This document shows, one piece after another, positions 61,501-64,000 of a stretch of DNA of 64,000 nt (position 1 is the first letter of the stretch; every line of letters begins with the position of its first letter). Made by a program: the position numbers and the translations under genes. The notes under the pieces are model-generated. The model had not been told where the DNA came from. It worked only from the letters and a program-made list of their open reading frames with translations, and ran no database searches. Source of the stretch: an uncultured Salinisphaerales bacterium (GTDB lineage: Bacteria > Pseudomonadota > Gammaproteobacteria > Nevskiales > CAJXLF01); contig CAJXLF010000010.1 of NCBI GenBank assembly GCA_913055805.1, forward strand, positions 21,040-85,039. The letters are read 5' to 3'.

Positions 61501-61559
61501 ATGAGCTGCTGAGCAGTATGGAAGCTGTGATGCGCGGGCGCAGGGAGGGCAGGACGTGA
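55593..61559 (+). CDS. chpA: ChpA/PilL hybrid CheA-type histidine kinase with multiple Hpt-like domains and a C-terminal receiver
   Basis: Hpt signatures FHTLKGSGRMAG, FHTLKSGARLVG and LHTLKGSARMAG, plus degenerate Hpt-like units. HATPase (HLLRNSVAHGIE, DDGRGLD, GRGVGMD), CheW-like domain and REC (VVIVDDSITIRR...LLDVEMPRIDGFE...K). ATG 55593 lies one codon inside the ORF-maximal GTG 55590. Confidence 0.93.
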   Translation: MAVVQAKSVIDLSGLQWVRGELDQNLERVHHFIEAYLESPEDKLPLQRSVIELHQARGILAMVRLHGAALLAEELRQAVHDVLHGVSENAESIFEVVLGGAVQLSDYLDFVQSEATDSALIFQPLINELRVARGKPVVNESELFIRFLLLEPPEVTLPDLAGRDSQLASSEAKSFQLHFQTALLGVIKDNDSKANLLRLMQICQQVLKGLGETRIFQQWWYAQAVLEALVDRGLEVSLDVKRLLGKLGILLKYLAAEGQDSPHAFDQEVTYALLYYVGRSSSQGETVRAVRRASSLDQLLPDQAHLDSIRERLRGPNTSLLQTLSSEIRKDIGMVKDNLDLLLRAGDKAPDRLDETVNTIRRVATTLDMLGMTALQRVVSRQAEIVDKRRHEAMPDQREWLDAAISLLWVEHSLDELLFRHVHPDVREGEAPPEEPGSDSISPLELREGAASIVREALINIARIKELTSEFISRNNRETAGEIAHMLHEISAGLGVAGVDVDSVVSVQTLRQFVQNEAFLTLGGDPERVAQFADVVSSLELYLLALQSHQANTADLRARFNDFVGQLELPEAPAEAAEAPALASTPEPEPPPEARPGPPALSVVEKTTEVVAEERQETVEPEMLDMPDMGGDEPVAVPGPPAVAAEPEPAEPLGQTIDPEIREIFLEEVEEIREMLAERVPHWTQQVDDHEALGDIRRAFHTLKGSGRMAGATAIGDFGWAVEQMLNACLDGSLTLDHAVVSTIKGATENLPALVEAYSRSGAIPAGARQVLIDAHRITGTEPPASIAHATENEGDKEDDLWHIFSRDAEGHLKNLHDFVTAAGSELKPQLVSAEVVRAFHTLKSGARLVGAGTMSRLADVMETLCDAVRGTGRPMSSEHLSLIAEVTDFLADTLERQGQAAAAEPDPEGLIQKARAKLEELPEETSSSDRELLIIFTDEACDLLENMESVLEDWVDAPQDAHHPRLLSDICATLSESAKTAKVSALALIAQEMARLVEDWSEGHVSSAQISGLRKELAGVYDLLDLVRQGVMVTEAGEVMTRLHQLQEMGAADAPSAQGMAEKVEPAAAEKAAVPEAPASGVSISTGFTEPPASAPAAPEPPAPTEAQTPQTAEQPPVASFSEPGSVTPASSSPEPAATPAVTDLGDDLLALFVDEGEELLEGIGSTMDRWELHPEDPASLVELMRLLHTLKGSARMAGAARIGELSHTLEDELAELARIGKTADSSFFLQMRHTSDEIHQELVEIRGGRAPAPQEAAAETPQPAPASPEPVADIQVPQAPPATPESPPQVELEAPSEPEPEPAMQPSASISDAPVEQLIPEVPAALTPAQPEPAETAPGVEDDVPAGKAEESVAAAPVEPAPRDVARPAAETARVSVSQLDRMFNEAGEVGIYLGRMEKQQADLRSHLGEMGQAITRMREHIRQLDLEAESQLQARRNRQEQHGEDDRYEEDFDPLEMDRYTRMNELSRSLTESAADLVSLQSMIDEVSRSNETLLLQQGRITSNLQHGLMNTMLVPFAGMVQRLQRIVRQSSQVNGKQARLEFLGADNELDRNVLERMVGPLEHLLRNSVAHGIEPPEDRQRAGKDAQGLIRVSLRRDGTQSIIEVLDDGRGLDLEAIRRAAVKRHLIAEQAQLSEQELVQLIFEPGFSTADTITQEAGRGVGMDVVNAEIKQLGGSLNVSFSPGKGTQFLIRIPSSLALTQALLVRVGQESYAIGMAGIDGIERLPRHELSRYLAEGGPQVLYGGNGYQAIRMSDLIHAHMPEVEDDASRNVPVLLMRAGDMRLAVVVEQVMGGDELVVKSLGPQVSAIPGVSGGTILADGSVVLIMDVPTLYQTRHRRLASAVGVTVEEFKEVRDERPLVVIVDDSITIRRVTERFLSRHGYRIDTAKDGMDALPKLQAEKPDIVLLDVEMPRIDGFEVATYMRNNEHLQDVPIIMITSRSGDKHRQRAKEIGVDRYLIKPYQEDELLSSMEAVMRGRREGRT

Positions 61560-62056
61560 CGGTTCAGAGTGGTGAGGAGTTTTATGCCCAGTTGATCCCT
61601 ATTGAGGGAGATCGGGTGTTGTTGCCGGCGGCTGCAGTGCGTGAAGCAATACAGATGGACCGTATTGAACTGAATACAGGGTCGCCAGCCTGGTTGCTGG
61701 GGCACGTGAACATGGGCGGTGAGCGCATGCCGGTGGTGTCCCTGGAAGGCATGCTGGGTCGCAGCATGCCCTCGCGCAGCGCCCGTTCCCGTCTGGTGCG
61801 CATTCTTTCCCTGGGCGATGGCGGTAGCTGGCTGCTGGTTGCCCAGGGGCAGCCGCACATGACCCCGCTTAATACGAAGGCACTGGCGGCTTCGCCGCTG
61901 GAGGCCCATGATCCGCTGGAACTGGTGTTGTCACGCGGCCGCATTGCGAACCTGTCGGTCTTTATCCCCGACCTGGAAACCATTGAAGAACGTCTGCAGA
62001 AGGCGCAGCTCGGAAATCAGAGCGCCGACCTGCCGGACTGGCAGCCCAGTCAGTAA
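61556..62056 (+). CDS. chpC: CheW-like protein (ChpC-like)
   Basis: 166 aa. GTG start overlapping the chpA stop (GTGA). Degenerate CheW domain (LLPAAAVREAI...PAWLLGHVNMGGERMPVVSLEGML). Confidence 0.8.
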   Translation: MTVQSGEEFYAQLIPIEGDRVLLPAAAVREAIQMDRIELNTGSPAWLLGHVNMGGERMPVVSLEGMLGRSMPSRSARSRLVRILSLGDGGSWLLVAQGQPHMTPLNTKALAASPLEAHDPLELVLSRGRIANLSVFIPDLETIEERLQKAQLGNQSADLPDWQPSQ

Positions 62057-62063
62057 GCGCCGA

Positions 62064-62807
62064 CTAGCCCAGGTCTCCCCATAACACTTGCAGGGCGCTG
62101 ATTGCGACCACGCCGGCTGTTTCCGTACGCAAAACCCTCGGTCCCATCCGCACCGCATTGAAACCGGCCTGTAATGCCAGCGCTATTTCCTTTTCACCGA
62201 GTCCGGACTCGGGGCCGATCAGCAGACAGGCGCGCGGGCTTGGTACCTGCGCCTGAAAACCGTTTTCGGCGGTGGGTGATAATAGTAATCGTTCCCCGGG
62301 TGCGAAAGTCCTGGCGTCGGCCGTGAGCCAATCGGCCAGGGCTTGAGGGCTACGCACCTCAGGCAGCAGCGTGCGGCCCGATTGTTCGGCCGCCGAGCGC
62401 GCTACTGCACGCCAGTGCTGCAGTTTCCTGTCGAGCCGGGCAGCGGGTAAACGCTGGCTCTTTTCGGTATGCAGCGGCTGTATCTGTGCAACACCAAGTT
62501 CGACTGCCTTCTGGATAGCGAAATCCATACGTTCGCCCCGGGCAATACCCTGGGCCAGCAATATGCTCAGCGGTGATTCGCGGCTGATTTCCTGCTTTGC
62601 AGCCAGTTGCAGGCCAATCCGGTGGCGTTGCATGCCGGTGATTACAGCCGGGTATTCGCCGCCCTGTCCATTGAATACACAGATTTCGTCACCTTCGCGG
62701 CAACGTAAGACGTTCTGCAGATGATGCGCCTGGCCGTCGGTCACATCAATCTGCTGCCCGGGCGCCAGTGATTGCTCAACGAGGATGCGCGGAATGTGAC
62801 GGCTCAG
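62064..62807 (-). CDS. rsmE: 16S rRNA (uracil1498-N3)-methyltransferase RsmE
   Basis: C-terminal LLIGPESGLGEKEI...GPRVLRTETAG. The first canonical start is GTG 62744, but the conserved N-terminus (RHIPRILVEQSLAPGQQIDV) continues in frame upstream. CTG 62807-62805, preceded by AAGGAG at 8-nt spacing, is proposed as the start. Confidence 0.85.
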   Translation of the reverse strand: MSRHIPRILVEQSLAPGQQIDVTDGQAHHLQNVLRCREGDEICVFNGQGGEYPAVITGMQRHRIGLQLAAKQEISRESPLSILLAQGIARGERMDFAIQKAVELGVAQIQPLHTEKSQRLPAARLDRKLQHWRAVARSAAEQSGRTLLPEVRSPQALADWLTADARTFAPGERLLLSPTAENGFQAQVPSPRACLLIGPESGLGEKEIALALQAGFNAVRMGPRVLRTETAGVVAISALQVLWGDLG

Positions 62808-64000
62808 GCTGATATCTCCTTGATGAAGATTTTAGCGTTACGGTCATTGTTATACGCCTGCCGCCGTGCTGCAGGCAGGTCGTCCACGGTCGCCGCATTG
62901 AAATCATGCTCAATAAACCAGTGTGCGGCATGCGTGGTCAGCGCAAACAGCCGCTCGATACCAAGCCCGCGGGCCTGGCGTTCCACCTGTTCGAGCAATG
63001 CTTCCGCACGGCCCTGTTTACGGTATTCGCTATGCACGGCCACGCAGGCCAGTTCGCCCATGGCTTCGTCTGCGTGCGGATAAAGGGCGCAGCAGGCCGT
63101 GACCAACCCGTCCCGCGCCATGACCAGAAAATGCCGGATATCCAGTTCCAGTTGCTCACGGCCACGTGGCACCAGGCTGCCGTCAGCCTGCAGCGGATCA
63201 ATCAGCGCCATGATGCCGCCAATGTCCTCGATACTGGCAGCGCGTAACTCGTCGAAGTTCTTCACCGAGATCATGGTGCCAACGCCATCACGGCTGTAGA
63301 GTTCCTGTAACAGGGCGCCGTCTTCATCATGGCTCATGACATGGCAACGCTTGATGCCGTGATCACAGGCCCGTATGGCAAGGTGCAGCAGATCGGCCGC
63401 CGGCCGGTCACTGTCCTGAATGCCGGCAGCAAGGTCAGCTGCTTCATGCAGAGACAATTGGGCGGCGCAGTTCAGGCGTTCGTGCAGATGAGGGCCATCA
63501 TGCAGCAGCAGGAGCTTGTCTGCATGCAGGGCGGTGGCGGCGGCACAGGCAACATCTTCAGCACGCAGGTTGAAGATTTCTCCCGTACGCGAATAACCCA
63601 CCGGCGATAACAGCACCAGACTGCCGCGAGCGAGCAAGTCGCTGATCGCTTCGACATCGATATTACGCACTTCCCCCGTGTGCAGATGGTCGACGCCTTT
63701 ACGCACGCCTACAGGTTTTGCCGTGACCAGATTGCCGCTGGCGACATCCAGCCGCGCGCCCCCCATGGGGGTGCCCTGCAGCCCGGTAGACAGCAGGGCT
63801 TCAATTTCCATACGCAAGCTGCCCACAGCTTCCTGTACGCAGCTCAGGGCTTCTTTGGTGGTGACCCGCAGACCGTTTACAAAATTGGTTTGCAGCCCGG
63901 CGGCCGCCAGCCGGGATTCAATTTGCGGCCGGGCGCCGTGCACCAGCACCACCTTCACACCCAGGCTGTGCAGCAGGGCTATGTCGTAAATCAGGTCTGC
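62804..64000 (-). CDS. argA: Amino-acid N-acetyltransferase (N-acetylglutamate synthase), 5' end beyond the window
   Basis: The frame stays open through nt 64000 (ADLIYDIALLHSLGVKVVLVHGARPQIE). AAK domain followed by a C-terminal GNAT (ELACVAVHSEYRKQGRAEALL). Confidence 0.9.
   Translation of the reverse strand, partial: ADLIYDIALLHSLGVKVVLVHGARPQIESRLAAAGLQTNFVNGLRVTTKEALSCVQEAVGSLRMEIEALLSTGLQGTPMGGARLDVASGNLVTAKPVGVRKGVDHLHTGEVRNIDVEAISDLLARGSLVLLSPVGYSRTGEIFNLRAEDVACAAATALHADKLLLLHDGPHLHERLNCAAQLSLHEAADLAAGIQDSDRPAADLLHLAIRACDHGIKRCHVMSHDEDGALLQELYSRDGVGTMISVKNFDELRAASIEDIGGIMALIDPLQADGSLVPRGREQLELDIRHFLVMARDGLVTACCALYPHADEAMGELACVAVHSEYRKQGRAEALLEQVERQARGLGIERLFALTTHAAHWFIEHDFNAATVDDLPAARRQAYNNDRNAKIFIKEISA

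Overview
Gene-dense chromosomal segment, roughly 60% GC by eye, from a gammaproteobacterium. The lineage is probably marine, halotolerant and lipid- or hydrocarbon-associated. This is inferred from ectABC, a WS/DGAT wax-ester synthase and DUF1329/DUF1302 genes; the genus cannot be determined from the sequence alone. Most of the window is housekeeping: mutS, pncC(cinA)-recA-recX-alaS-lysC-csrA-tRNA-Ser, prpR/prpBC, bioA, dacB, rpiA, yggS, pilT-pilU, pyrB-pyrR-ruvX-yqgE, gshB-gshA, the pilG-pilH-pilI-pilJ-chpA-chpC twitching chemosensory cluster, rsmE and a partial argA. No rRNA, CRISPR array, intact IS or intact prophage was seen. Items worth a second look: (1) A ~3.2 kb islet sits between tRNA-Ser and the prpC terminator. 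It carries a decayed integron-type integrase fragment and a styrene-oxide-isomerase-like haem membrane protein. That protein keeps the His/Asn/Tyr triad but is paired with a two-Rossmann flavoprotein rather than StyA/StyB. (2) A TonB gene is followed by a single ORF fusing a TPR domain to a DUF1329 domain. This lies in a dispersed DUF1329/DUF1302/ABC1-kinase/SRPBCC neighbourhood around mutS. (3) An 11-bp G-rich tandem repeat (7 full units plus 1 degenerate) occupies the divergent gshA / pilG promoter region. (4) A 23-nt duplicate of the tRNA-Ser 5' end is followed by a hairpin-dense 134-nt segment just downstream of csrA. (5) An acyl-CoA synthetase, an unknown 142-aa ORF and WS/DGAT form an apparent operon. 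(6) ectABC is tightly followed by an SSS transporter. (7) Three PilT-family ATPases lie in tandem. (8) The PilJ-like MCP has no periplasmic domain. (9) rsmE has a conserved N-terminus reachable only through a non-canonical start codon (probably CTG). All family assignments come from motif recognition by eye and memory. None has been checked by a database search.
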